Shown here in pieces: positions 47,104 through 60,372 of a stretch of DNA of 64,000 nt. Source of the stretch: Amoebophrya sp. A120 (taxonomy: Eukaryota; Protista; Dinoflagellata); assembly GCA_905178155.1 (NCBI GenBank), contig CAJINV010000004.1:10271661-10335660 (forward strand), given 5' to 3'. Every line of letters begins with the position of its first letter. The stretch's first letter is position 1. The notes below the pieces were generated by a model, which had not been told where the DNA came from, did no database searches, and saw nothing but the letters and a program-made list of their open reading frames with translations. Made by a program: the position numbers and the translations under genes.

Positions 47104-48457
47104 CGCCCCGGCGGGCGCGCCGACGCAATAGTGGGCGCAATGCCTGGCTTCCGGCAAGCCCTCGCCCAAAACTGCATGACGACGCAGGGCCCAGGCGAAA
47201 ACCGCCGGCCCCACTTCTAGCGCAACGAATGGGGGCGAGTGTCTGTGCCTGTGGCGCCACCACACGCGGCGCCCGGCACGCGGGCGCCAACGACTGGCGC
47301 CACCCGTCGGCCCGAGGGTGGCCCACGGTGGGCCGGGCACGGACGGCCCCAAGGACTGCGGCGCCGCTCCCCTTGCGGCGCTTTCGCTCCCGTGCGTCGT
47401 CCACCGCCCCGTGTCGGACTTTTCGATCACCTTCGTGTGGCCCCTGCAGTGTGATGCAATAATAAAACTCAGTCGTTTATTGCAAAGTTAAATCTCATGC
47501 AACCAGTGCAAGACAAGAGTCTACTAGTACTACTATGCATCAAATCGCAGGCATCGGAGCCAAGTGTTGGCCCCTCTGTACTGGAAAAGAATCAACGCTC
47601 TAGCAATAATTACCTTCCGGGAGGGAAAACTCTTTGGACGCGTGTCCATCTGTTTTCTCCACACGAAGAACGGCAACAATGGTAGGGGAGCACGAAGTTG
47701 AAAACAAGCGCGCAAGTTTTTGCTTTTGGGCTGCAGTTCAAATAGGACGGATTGCGACACTATTGACCTCAATCTCTATCGTTTTAATTTTAAATACAAA
47801 ATAATGTGCATGAAAATGGAAGTCAGATCAGAGCTTTACCGTCTTGGTATGCTCGCACTCAGTTTAATTTTGTTTTGTTGTGCTCTATCAATTTCGATTT
47901 TGGTTATTTTGGGGTGCTTCTATCACTGCTCTGTTCGTGCTTGTTTCCGACAACGATCTTTTTTGCTCACACAACCCGAGCATCGTTTTAGACGAATCAT
48001 GACCGGACGCAAAGGTCGTCGCGCTCACACTCCCCCTCTCTCGAAAATCACTCAAAAAATAACATCACATGAAGGTCGAGAGGTCCGACAGAGCATACAC
48101 GCAAGAAGGAGAGTGAAACAAAATTAGCAAGGAAAAAACGCCGGGCAGAGGCTACCGATTGTGATGTTATGAACATGAATCTTCTTGGTTCAAAACTAAT
48201 AGAAGAGAAACAAGCTCGAGCAGGCGAGTGCGTAGATCCTGGCTCGCTTCTCCTCCGTTTTTTTCATGGGGTTGTTTTTCATCTTCGTGCTTCATCAAAA
48301 TCAATTCTGGGAGCCTATTTCTTGATGAAACTTCAAAGGAGTCAGATCTGCAGATGGTATAGTCCATTCCTTTTCTTTTATGAAATAGAGAAGGTTTGTC
48401 GCGCTGATTATAATAAGTACTTACTTCTACTTGTGCGGCCTTCCTCTGTTTTATCGA

Positions 48458-48955
48458 GCACAAGCAAGGTGTATGGTGTTGTGGTTGTTCGTTTTGTTTT
48501 GTTCGAGGCCGCTATAAAATCAAATAACCTAAACCCTAAGACCCTCAAACCCTATCGACGCAGGGACGGAAACAGGACGTAGATTCGGAGGGAGGAAGAT
48601 GTGGTGGAGGGGCAGAGGACTGCCAGATCAAAGAAAGCGCGCAAAACACATGGTCAGAACCTAAAAATACTATGAGAAGATTTACAATCCGAAAAGCCAA
48701 GGTTAAGACGACACCGAAAGTGTCGTGCCCCAACCCAAAAAAAATACTGCTTGGTGCCAGTAGGGCCCGGGGAAAACAAAGAGCAAGCAAGAAGAAGGGA
48801 AGGTAAAATCTACTTTCAAAAAGCGCTAGTATAGCCTTATGCTCTGATCCGTCCGGGCGTGCACTCCCATCTGGATCTAAAGCTTCAGCAGTGCTGAGAG
48901 CGCTCCGACCCTAAACCTCAAGACAAAAGCCAAGAGATCTACGTACGTATGCGCA
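48458..48955. repeat. M motif plus A module, copy 1
   Basis: AAGGTGTATGGTGTTGTGGTTGTTCGTTTTGTTTTGTTCGAGGCCGCTATAAAA, then CCCTAAA-like repeats and conserved blocks shared with 52793-53198. Confidence 0.85.
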
Positions 48956-49436
48956 CGAGCAAGGCAGGAACATCGCCTGATGTGGGCGAATATTCCTAAC
49001 TAAAAACAAAAACGACACTCATACCGGAGTCAGGTGGAGGGCCCGGGGCGATTTCGCCCACTAAAAACCAGCTAATTTTTTCGGGATTTTTGAAAAATCC
49101 GGCGCGCCAGGAGGGAGCCGGGCGGCGAGGCGAATGCCGAGAAAGAAAATACCCGCGAACCAGAGGTAAAGGAAAAAGGAAATCCCATGGGGCGGCATGT
49201 GGTTGTTGCGCTGCGGCCCGCGCCGCGCATGCGCGACACCATGCGAACGCCCTCGCCCCAAAGATGCATGGCCAAGAGCGAAAACACCCGAAGACGGGAA
49301 GGCGGAAACACAATTTACGAAGGCAAACACACAAGCTCCCGGAAACGGGTGAGGCCCCTACCCAATCTTGCGACCCGGGAACCGGCACCCTAACTCAACA
49401 ATCCCCACCCGAAATCTCCACTGCAAATCCCGGCCG

Positions 49437-49745
49437 CGGCTAAATTCCCGATTTAGCAGCAAGGTAGTAACTTTGCTGCTAAATCGGGCCGCTAAATCAT
49501 GTGCTAAATCGGGTGGCTAAATTGTGTGCTAAATTGGGCTTCTAAATCCTATTCTAATTTGCCCTTCTAAATCCTATTCTAATTTGCCCTTCTAAATCGC
49601 CTTCTAAATTGCCTTTCTAATTCTTGTTCTAAATTTTGCGGGATTCACACCTCTTCCTTCTTCTCCTCGAACGGCTAAATTCGGCAGTACAGGGATTTCG
49701 GGAAGGAAATCCACTGTTTGCCGATTTAGCCGCCGATTTAGAAGA
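49437..49745. repeat. CTAAAT/ATTTAG motif array
   Basis: More than 15 CTAAAT/CTAATT motifs, some inverted, including the hairpin ATTTAGCAGCAAG...TTTGCTGCTAAAT. Confidence 0.8.
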
Positions 49746-50463
49746 GGAAAAGTTGTGAATCCCACGACTTTGGAAACCCAGAGGCCATCTTGACCACTAA
49801 ATTTCCAAAGCCACATTTAGAACAAGAAATACATGAAGAAGGCCGACATCACCAGAGCTGATCTTTAAGGAGAGAAAAAACACCCCGAAGAGCGCGACCA
49901 AGGACGCTTCACGCAGAAGCGGGCCGCGCGGTCTGTCCGAGATAAGGGCAGGCATTATCTCGAACAAGTGCCAGCCGAGATAATGGCAAGCCCTGCCACA
50001 CAAATGCACGAGAGACCGGATATTTTGCGCGGCGCAAAACATCCGGCAAACCACCGCCGGGAGATGGGCCAAAATTGCGAGGCTTCAGATTTCGGAAGAA
50101 AACGGGGCAAATTTTTAAATTTGAAAATCTTGCCCGCGGCCAAACACAAAACACCCAGCGGCGGCAGAAACTACGACCCCACCAGCCCAATGCCATAACA
50201 CAACAAAACCCCCCCCCCGGCGAAGCGGGCCACACAAGGGAAACAACACAAAACTGCCGAGGGCGGGGGCTCGCCGCGCAAACTTTGGACGCGCCTGCCC
50301 TTTGGGGCCGCGAAGAAATCCCGAAAAATTTAGCCACTTTTTAACCCAGGAACCGGCCCCGGTGCCCTCCGACTGACCGGAGGTACACCTCAACGGCGTC
50401 GATACGAGCGACAAAGAAATCGATGGCGAAGCGAGAAGCGAAGCGAATTCGAGAAGCGAATCT

Positions 50464-50527
50464 AAGGTGTATGGTGTTGTGGTTGTTCGTTTAGTTTTGT
50501 TCGAGGCCGCTATAAAAACTACAAGTA
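50464..50527. repeat. M motif copy ending ACTACAAGTA
   Basis: Near-identical to 48466-48519. The same ending occurs at 53623-53660. Confidence 0.88.
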
Positions 50528-51191
50528 CTAGCCCTTTGACGCGGGCGTCCCGGACGCCCGCTGGGCTAGTAGCTTGAAAAATAATTCTACACATGGAGCG
50601 CGCACCGCTCACGCTATTTTGGTTGGTTAGAAGGTGAAGGCATGGGACAGACAGAAATAGGCAAAAAAGGCCCCGGAATTCGCCTCAGAAAAAGGGGGAG
50701 GCGGCACCGCAAGAGGAAGAGAAAAAAAAAGCATAGCGCGGACAGTCAGACTACACGGAGCCAGGCACATACGACCGTCCAACAGGGCCGCGGGACTCGG
50801 ACTGGTGCGGTTTTGCTTTGTGCATGGGAGGGCTGCCCCGAGGGAGGTTGGTGCGCCTGGGCCGGCCTGCGCTTGCCCTAGCGGCCTCGCCGCTTTTGCG
50901 CTTTTGCGGTCCGGCGTCCAGGACGCCGGCCCGGCGTCAGCCCCTTTTGCGCGCCCGGCAAGCAAAGCAGAGGGGGTCCAACCGCAAAGCTTATTTTGAT
51001 TGTTTGGGGCGGCTTTGGCGGCCGGCTGGCCATCACTTTTGCCCGCCCGGAAAGTGGTGGCAAAGGGGCTCTTGGCCATCACTTTGCTTGGCTGGTTGCC
51101 CGTCGGCCCGTCCGAGCGAAAAGCGACGGCCGGGGAGCCATTGGCCATCAATCACTTTTGCCCGAGCAGAGTGATGGCCAAGGGGCTCTTG

Positions 51192-51345
51192 GCACAAGCA
51201 AGGTGCATGGTGTTGTGGTTGTTCGTTTTGTTTTGTTCGAGGTCGCTATAAAAACTACGCCACGCAGCCGACACAAGACACAGGCCGCTATAAACACTCG
51301 CCACGCAGCCGCTATAAAAACTACGCCACGCGGCCGCTAAAAAAC
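51192..51345. repeat. M motif copy with tandem GCCGCTATAAAAACTACGCCACGC repeats
   Basis: Direct sequence match, followed by about four reiterations of the motif's 3' end. Confidence 0.85.
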
Positions 51346-51495
51346 TCGTTTGGTTCGCCACCGACACAAGCCCCGCAACCCACCGACACAAGCCCCGCCA
51401 CCGACACAAGCCCCACAAACTCGTTTGGTTCGCCCCCACATTGATGGACTGTTTTAGGGCCTTGAACATACATTTGACACCATGCCCAGGCACGA

Positions 51496-51677
<182 letters not shown>

Positions 51678-51711
51678 CTCATTTCATATTAAGACAGAAC
51701 AAATTTTTTTA

Positions 51712-52203
51712 ACAATCAAATTTTTGAAGATTCTCTCAATGATTAATTCCAATTTGATTCTTCACATGATATCTGATAAATGGAGATCAAAGACATCAAA
51801 ATTATAATGATGAAAAGATTAAATTGCAATTGATTTCGTTTGTGATGATTCGACTAAGTAAAATAATTGCGTCGCAATCCACAGATATTGCATTGAATGG
51901 ATTCCATCGTCGTGTTCATCTTTCAGTGTCTGTTGGATAAGGATAGTCCGTATTAGTCTGAATCAATCACCATGAACAGGAACACCGCATCAACCGCATG
52001 CAGGCATGTAGCCAAGCTTTGATGCCTCAGCCAAAGAAACTATTTGCGCTCGCGCCAATGTGGTCCTTCGGCCTTCTATTGGATGTGGGCAAGCTCGAGC
52101 AGCCTGGCGTTTCTGGTAAGGCCTGGCGCCATGCATGGACCCGAATGGAATTGTGTTTCCGGGCGAGCACAAAATTAGCCGCGGATTGGCCCAACCCGCG
52201 ACC
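51712..52203. repeat. Dispersed repeat block R, copy 2
   Basis: Aligns with 46632-47103 with small indels. Confidence 0.9.
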
Positions 52204-52792
52204 GGTTTCTGGTGTCACCGGGCTCAAAATCGAGCCCGGTGACACGGAGCACAAGTCGGCTGTCACCGAGACGATTTCTGGTGTCACCATCGGCTGTCAC
52301 AGCTCGTGGCGACACCAAATTGGCGATTTTTTTGGCTCCGTGTCACCGGCCCGTGTCACCACTCGTGTCACCAACCCAAAAAGCTGCCTCGATTTCCTCC
52401 CACCCCCGCTTGATATCTGTCCAAATAGCCCGCAAATAGGCTTGGTAGCTGCCACAATGGACCCCTGAATGCACGCGCAGCAGCCTGGAGACAGCATCTT
52501 TGTGCAGCCTGTGGACCTTTTAGGCTTCATAACTGCATCTATTGAGGCTGTGGCAGAGGCTTTGCCTCTACATCAAAAGGCCAGGGCTAGCCGGCCCATC
52601 CTCTTCACGACTCTGACTACTTACAGTCAGAGAGGCGGCCTCCACTGGCTGAGAAAGGACAGGCGGAAGAAGCATCAGCGCAGGCATTGAGACCTAGCAC
52701 AAAGGTCGTTGCTGGGGGGGTGCCAGAGATTCATACTGCTCGGCAGTCACCTGAAAGTCACCGACTGAATTCCTAACGTCCGTCCAAGCTGT

Positions 52793-53198
52793 AAGGTCTT
52801 GTGGTTGTTCGTTTTGTTTTGTTCGAGGCCGCTATAAAAGTGGATATCCTAAACCCTGAAACCTAAACTAAACCCTTTCCGGATCGAACTTGTGCAGCAG
52901 GAGAAGGCGTAGTCGAAGGTGAGACGGTCGCGACGACAGCCATCCCGTGCCGGCAGCGGTGGCGGCCTACCTAAACCTAAACCGAAAAAAACTGCTTGGT
53001 GCCAGTTGGGCCCGGGGAACAAGAGGCAGAGCAGAAAAGGAGGATTTGTAAAGCGATCGTCAAAAAGATAAAAGGCGGAGCAGACTGAAGGCCAGGGCGT
53101 GCACGCCCCTTTCTTCTTAAGCTTCAGCAGTGCTGAGAACGTTCCGACCCTAAACCTCGAAGTGCCGAAGCACCAGGAGATCTACGTACGTATGCGCA
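52793..53198. repeat. M motif plus A module, copy 2
   Basis: Shares ACTGCTTGGTGCCAGT.GGGCCCGGGGAA, GGGCGTGCAC, AAGCTTCAGCAGTGCTGAGA, CCGACCCTAAACCTC and GAGATCTACGTACGTATGCGCA with copy 1. Confidence 0.85.
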
Positions 53199-56100
53199 AG
53201 AAAGCTCGCCTGACTACCTAAAACAGTCGACAAAAAAAACGAGGAGTCTCTCGGGGAAACCGAGAAGCCTCATGTCGACAAGTTCAGGCGAAACTCAGGC
53301 GAGGCAAAACATCTCGGGCGAAGGCGATAACAATTCGACGTGCGATGGCGATTAGTAGTGTCTTCTCTTCTCAGGAGCAGGATCGAAAATCGATTTTAGA
53401 GCACTGAGTTATCGAGCGGAGGCACACCGATAGGAAAACCGAGGAGACAAAGAAAGTCATACCGAAGTTTGATCGAAGGAAAACGCTCAGGAAGGGCACG
53501 AACGCAGACTCAAACTCAAACGAGATCGAAATCGAGAAGTCGATGGACAGTCACATTTCATTTCAAAGAAAAATGAATTCGTTCAAAATCATCCTGTCAA
53601 ACAGATTCAACATGTCATATCATTTTGTTTTGTTCGAGGCCGCTATAAAAACTACAAGTATGTAGGACCTGCGCAACCGATGACATCCTCTTGCTCACGA
53701 CAAAACTACATAGTTCGATGGGTCAAAAAAAAACTTGTACAGCAAATTTGTTTACCAGAACTATCAACAGCGGTAGAACTCTTCATCGCCACAGTTTTCG
53801 AAGTTCAAATTTGTATCGGCGCTACAGTGCGTTTGCATCTCCATTCAGTTGTAATGGCGCAGCTCAGAGCCGGTGCAGTCCCAGGTTACGGATTAGCGCC
53901 TTTGTGAAAAAGCAGGCCAAAAGTAATCAGAGAAGTATCTATTTCCATATCAAGCAGAAGTATAAAACATTTTCCTACCTGCAGCAAGGGTCTGTCTGCT
54001 TCCGTCCTTGCCATCCTGTCTGCTGCCGCCTCGAAGTAAAGAACGCATTTACAAATTTAGAGAACTGTCAAAAAGAGGGACGAAAAATACCGTCCAAGTC
54101 TACTAGTAAAAAGCTGTACGTCAACATAACAGAACGAACTTCCTTAAGCAAGCAAAACCAAGAAAAAAAAAGAATCAAATTTTTCCTCCTCTAACACGAT
54201 GTAGTAGTCGCCTTCCGCGCGCGCGGGGGCAACGCAGCTGTGGTCTCCGTACAGTCAGGAAAGCGGGTTGCTGATGATGAAAATAGACCGTGACTAGAAA
54301 GTCGCCTATTTATTCCACGGTATCTGCTATAGAAAGTACGTTGACACTATTAGCCGGCTGGGTTCTTTCCTCTCATGGCACCAGTCCCATCGCGCTGTAA
54401 ATTATACGAGATGCAAATTTGGTAGGACGGTGCGAAAGAGTGAAGACCTGTGCTCAACTATCGTCTGCGTGCAGCAAAATTTTCTTCTTCAACTTCAACA
54501 AATTCTTGCAACTTCTTCAGGAGCAAAAGTGTTCCCTTCAAGGTAGTCCGCTGTCAGTGCCAATTGATTTTTGTACAAGTCCTAGCTACAATGAATAGCG
54601 TATTATTTTTGTCGACTACTTATTGTTCAGTATATTTCTCAGCTCCAAATTTGCATAGAATTGCACGCGCGGAAGTCGTGTTTTCGAAGTTGCGCGGAGG
54701 TATCTATCTATCATCATGTAGAGAATTGTGCCGTCAGAATCGGTTTCCATAACACCACAAGGAAATCAATAGAAATCAGGTGATTGCCGGTGTGCCTTTA
54801 GATCTGGTGTTCCTTTCCGGCGCATGGGGGAACGGAGACTCACTACTGACGACAATATCACAGTGGCTGCTCGGCAAAGTTGTAACCACTGACGAGGTCG
54901 TGGATGCAACTACCGCCAGCACTAGGACTTAGAGTTGCTGGGGAACGCAAAATGGAGACTCAGTCATGGCCACTACTTCAGATCTCAGGAAGTAATGGCA
55001 CATAGACGTCCCCCTTTGCAACTCTAGAAAAATTCTATTTGCTTTCACTCGACGGCCGTATTTATTCTGTATCTACTGTGTCGCATTTACCGCCTAGTTG
55101 CGCATTCTTCTTTTGAACGGTAGATAGTGTTGGTCTGCGCGTTCGGTTTTCAGGGCCGCGCTAGGAAAACAAATCGAACTTACCATTCTTTTATGACAAT
55201 AATTTTTCACAACGGGTAAATTCTCCGTGGGCTATTTTCATGCAAAAGTACCAATATCAGTTGTTTTGTAGAGAAAAACATGAAAATGAGTGCAACGAAA
55301 CTACGATCAGTAGGCGTCACGAGTATAGGTAGATCACAGCAACATGGCGGTCACGAGCGGCCGACTGGCTGCTGCAGGTGTAGATTAAGAAATTTCATAA
55401 TTGGCGGGCTATTAAGGCGATACGTATTTTAGCGCTAGCAGCACGGCGGTTTTGTTTATTTGCTTAGCACTTCAACTAGGAACCTAAAAATTTTTTTCGT
55501 ATGAAAGTAGAAGGAATCATTTCAAGACAACGGAAAATTTCTATCGCAAATACTGCTTGATATTATTCAAATTTTGTAAGTATACGAGCAAACGGAGGTC
55601 GCAAGAGCCTAACTCTATTTAATAGTGTCAGACGCTGTTATCCTTTCTCGAGTTCCCACGGTTGTAATATCAAGGATAGAGAAAAATAGATTGCTGACCA
55701 CAAAATCACTCTGTAGATATAGTGCCCTTGCTACAGCTGCAACTATCGCGCGGACAAATTACCTATGACACTGTTATTTGATAATTTGATATTAAAAATG
55801 AATCCAGACGCGATACATCGCACCAGACGCATGAGTCCGGTGCTTTCTCGCCTCCGGAAAGAAAAAGAATGTAAACAAAGCCAAGCTAAGAACATAAAAA
55901 AAGTTGAAAGTTAGTGATCTTCAAGAACTTACCTAAAAAGTAGTCACAGAGAAACAGAAAAGATTTTTTCAAAGAGCTGCAACGCTCTCGAGAGAACGCA
56001 TCTGCAGCGCGTGCTGCTCCACACCAGTGGAAAAACAAAAAAAAAGCTTGTAGCTGTAAAAAAAATAAATTCATTTCCAAACTTTCACCGTACTTATGAC

Positions 56101-57939
56101 GGTCGTCGGTTACATTTGACAAGCATATTGATATTCATATTTCGTAGTAATAATCTTTCTATATCTAGGTCGAACTCGAAGGCGAAGAATCGCACACGAT
56201 ACTACAGAGGGTCATTTTTGGGACGAGATGTTTCTCAGAATCGGAAGTGAACAACAAGAGGTTACATAACTAGGGTTCGATGAGCCACCGTCCCCGGAAA
56301 TAGGCACGCAGTCCAGAGATGATGGCTTCATCTATGACACACGATGAAGTAGATCTCAAATTTATTACAAATTGCTTCATACATAGATAAACACGCAAAT
56401 GCGGATCAGCTGTACTAAAAAGAATCTACTTGTAGTTGGCTCTCTTGTAGTAGTTGTTGTGCGACGTGGTAGTTTTCCGCTGCTGTTTCGAAAACCAAAC
56501 ACAAGCACAACGCGAATAGTAGTCATCTTTTTTCTATTCGCAATGAAAACGGAAACAATCAACGCAAGAGAAGAGAACGCTTAAACTTGAACCTGTTAGC
56601 GGTGCTTTGATAGAATATTAATTGCTAAGAAAAGAAAACAGAAACGCTAGAGACGAAACGGTAAAAGCATAAAATCAGAATCCATAGGTCGACTTCGTGT
56701 CCACCACGTCGTCGTTTGAAACAGCAGCTGCAGGTTGAAATTTGACTTGAAGTCTATCTTGTGACCCAAATAATTACCCCCTTCGCGATCTTCGCGACCT
56801 ATTTCAACAAAATCCGCGCAACGGAAAGCGCGTCGTCTTTAAAATTGTGTCATTGGAATGCGCGTTAAGAACTAGAGACCGCCTTCAGTTGCCCTCTTAT
56901 GTCAAAGCGATTAGATAACAGAGTGACGACTCGAGGATGTCTCGTCCTGTTCTTGTTCTTACAATGCTATGTGCTACGTATCCCTGCTTCCCAGCTGCAC
57001 CACAAAAAGTTCGCTTCATTTCTAAGTACAAACAAGTCCGAAGAATAGAAATCAAGAGTCCTTTCCCCAGACGGACTGCAGACTGGAGCTTGCCGTCGTT
57101 GAGGCAAAATCTGTGCCGGCGGTCGTGGTCGCATTCGAGTCGCGGCTCGTCTCGATGTACCTGCGATGCACCTTCGCGACTAGGCTCTCGAGGTAACTTT
57201 TCACACTACCCTCGCCCGTACACATCGCGTCCAGGCGTGCCGCGTGGATGCTGTGACATTTATGGATTTCAATTTTTGCACGTACTTCGTACACAAATGT
57301 ATGATCATGGTGCCAGGGGAAAGCATGACAGACGTAAATACGTACTCAAAAAAACTTCGTCGTCTCATTACAAACGGTCGCAAAGATCATTCGAGGTATG
57401 CAAAAAATATCGAAGTGATACTATGCGATCACAAAAAGAAAAAAATACGTTTCGTATTCGCGCAACCGGCTTTTGGACGGAATTGGGCTGGTACCGCCCA
57501 TGCAGATTGCAACCGCATGGCTACTCAGGGAGCACGCGCGGAACCGCATTTTCGAAGCCGCTGCGTTTGTGTTGCGCCTCGACCGGGTCACGCGCTCGAC
57601 GTTATTACCGCAGCTGCGCCGCACAAGGAGGTTGCCATTCTCCTGAAGATGTGTATTTTCCAGTATTTCTGTTTCATCACTGCTTGTGGCGTAGAAAAAG
57701 AACGATAAGGATAAGGAAGATCAAGATACTATCTCATGCAGTTATGAGTTTGCCAAGAGTGTCAGTTTGCATTCTATACCTGTTGCATTCCCGTATTTGT
57801 CTGGGCCTGCGGAGCACTTCTGCGAGCCTCCTCGCACTTATTGCTACCGGAAAATTTGTGCGGATGCCTCTCCACCGACAGTGCGCAACATTTTGGACGG
57901 GTCAGCACCTGGTCGGTTTGAAAATTCAACAAAATTTTT

Positions 57940-60372
57940 CAGAGACACTGAGTCATATTCCTATCATGAAGCTGCCCCAGCATCTGCATGACAAGTCCAA
58001 AATACCAAACCTGGCATGTTGACATGTATTAATATGGGGCGGGTCGATAAAGCATAAGCATTTCTGTAGTACCTCGTCCTCACAAATCTGTTGCAGTTTC
58101 CGGTCCACACTGCACAACCTGTGAAACTCCTCGGTAATGCCGGTGCGGGCAACAGGCGAGTCCGGAAACTTGAAATCTCGGTTGTCTGCATTCGGAATCA
58201 ACTCAATGCTACTACCTGCGGAGACGAGTCAACTTATTTTTGTGTGAAACAATTCACGATTTTGCTTTAGGCAGCCGCGAGTGTTGATCCTACTCAGCAT
58301 TGATCTGAAGCTGTACTGCTAGTGGATTTAAGTAAAAGAACGCACTTACTTCTTCAAAGAAGTTTTAACTCTATCGGTCTCAATATCGGAAAAGAAAGGA
58401 AGATCGTTTTTCATTTCTATACTCAGCAGCAACTCCGTCGCGTCTTCACTGACAGGCACACCGCCGAAGGGTGCGGGTCGCAACGAGAACTTCGGCTTGC
58501 CCGGGCTGAGACTCTGCTCACTGCCATCCGAGGAGGACGTGGTGGACTCATGCGGTGAGCCGTGGTCGACGACCTTGGTGTCAATTGAACAGGAGCCCCA
58601 TCAGGGATCATTATCTTGAAAGACGCTTTTTTTGATTGTAGGAAGGTACTTACATGCAAGTGCTTTTGAAGATTGTCTATCTCTTGCTGCAGCTCTTCCA
58701 TAAAATATTGATCGTTCTCTACCTGCTGCACCTGCACATCGCCGCCGCAGTTGCTATGCCCGCCGGTAGTTGCGCCCGACCCCATTGGAAAAAACTGGCT
58801 CTCTTCGAGGCTGAACTCCGTAAAGTTGTCCGACGCGCAGGACGAAGCTAAGGAAACGCAGCTCACCGTGCAACGCGGAAATCTGGTACTTAACTCAGGC
58901 GAGATGCACCCCTCCAGCGAGGTTGCGTCCTCCAGGACCAGGTCCGGTGGGGAAGCAGAACTTGCTCCACCGCCAGGGCATGTTGGTGGGTAAGAAGTTG
59001 TACCATCATCGTCGTCGAAGCTGGCACGCGGATCGTCTACCACTTGAAGGGGATCCCGTTTTAAGGAGGTGGGAGAAGGCAGTTTCACCCCGTAGTTCAT
59101 CTTTCTCACCGGCGACGATGCTGCACCAGCACGATGCAATGCTCTAGTTGTACAACTCCCGAGGTATTGATGTTCCCCGTAATTTGTTCTACAACTACCG
59201 TCCTCGCCACCCATGAGTGTGTTGTAGCTCGTTGCAGGATTTTTACTATTTTGCTGTCCTTTCGCGTGGTCGTGCACAACGGAAGTTTTTCTCGAGGAAG
59301 AAGATGATGTCGTGGTCGACTGGTAGGGACCGCTGTCGTTCGTAGTTTGGTGTTTGTGACTGTTCACTCCTGATGAACAAGATGACGGTCCCGAGGTTGG
59401 AATAGATCCGTTCCCACGAGGACCACTACTGCGCCCCAGCACGGGCTCCGGCTCGTCTTGCCAGGCCAATTTTCGCGCAGCGGTCGACCGTGACGCGACC
59501 GGCGAGAGACCGTGAACTCCTTCTCCTGTTGATGTTGTTAATGTTAGGTCCTGTTCATTCAGACACGAGGGCGCCGAGGCGTACTTCGTTATGAAGCTGC
59601 TGGGTCGTCCTCGTCGTGGTTCTCCTCCTCCTTCACAAGATCCGCTCGAGCGGCAGCTGTTTGCCGACTGCCGAAACTCGAGCAGCGTCGTCGTTTTGCC
59701 GTAGGAGGCTGCTGTGCGTAACGGCGAGTCCTCACCGTGCGGACCACGCTCGACGACGTCAGAGCAGCTGGTGCCCACAACACCTTGGCGGAATCGGCTC
59801 GGGGACGTCACCGACTGCAACAGCATCACGTGGGCATTTTTGTCTGTAGACGACTGGCCTGGCGGTGTCTTTATTCGCCCCCCGGACGGCCCAGCGCGAC
59901 CGGAAAATATTGGCGAGGAGGACCCTTCGCCGCCGTCCTGTTGAGGTTGTAAGGCATTCGTATTTTTTCAGATTTTGTTTTGATTAGTATTTTGTTTCAG
60001 CCGGCTGGTGGTGCATATTCACTTGCAAAGAGCACGATTCTAATAGGATTTTTGTGAAAATCCTTCAAGATCATCATCATGCTGCAAAAAGATGAACATC
60101 ATTAAACATCAGCCGCGCAAGTACTTGTAGAAAAACGTATAAATTAAAATTTGTCGTAAAATGCACCTGCTCAGCCTGGCTGTTTCGGACCGACATGTCC
60201 CCTGTCTTGTCAAACAAAACAGTTACACTTTCCGCCAACTCCGATGTCGGTGGTGACAAGGGCGCGGTGCGCCCGCGCCGCGGGCGCTCTGGTGTTGTTC
60301 CAAACATCTCTACTGAGGTAGCCAGACCACGTACTAGCGACAGCCGCTGCGCTCGTCGATAGTAGTAGTACC
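57940..60372 (-). CDS. Hypothetical Ser-rich protein, multi-exon, minus strand (ends uncertain)
   Basis: The 468-aa ORF 58423-59829 joins an upstream exon by an in-frame GT-AG intron (60166-59938). Further AG/GT-bounded coding-like segments lie near 58.0-58.2 kb. Confidence 0.55.

Noticed and set aside
48466-48519. M motif as a dinoflagellate spliced leader
   Set aside because: It has no resemblance to DCCGTAGCCATTTTGGCTCAAG on either strand.
48880-48920. Hammerhead ribozyme core in the A module
   Set aside because: CTGAGA is present, but there is no correctly placed stem II and GAAA.
56937-58022. 361-aa + strand ORF
   Set aside because: Arg/Ser/Cys-rich with no motifs, and it overlaps probable minus-strand exons. 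Likely spurious.
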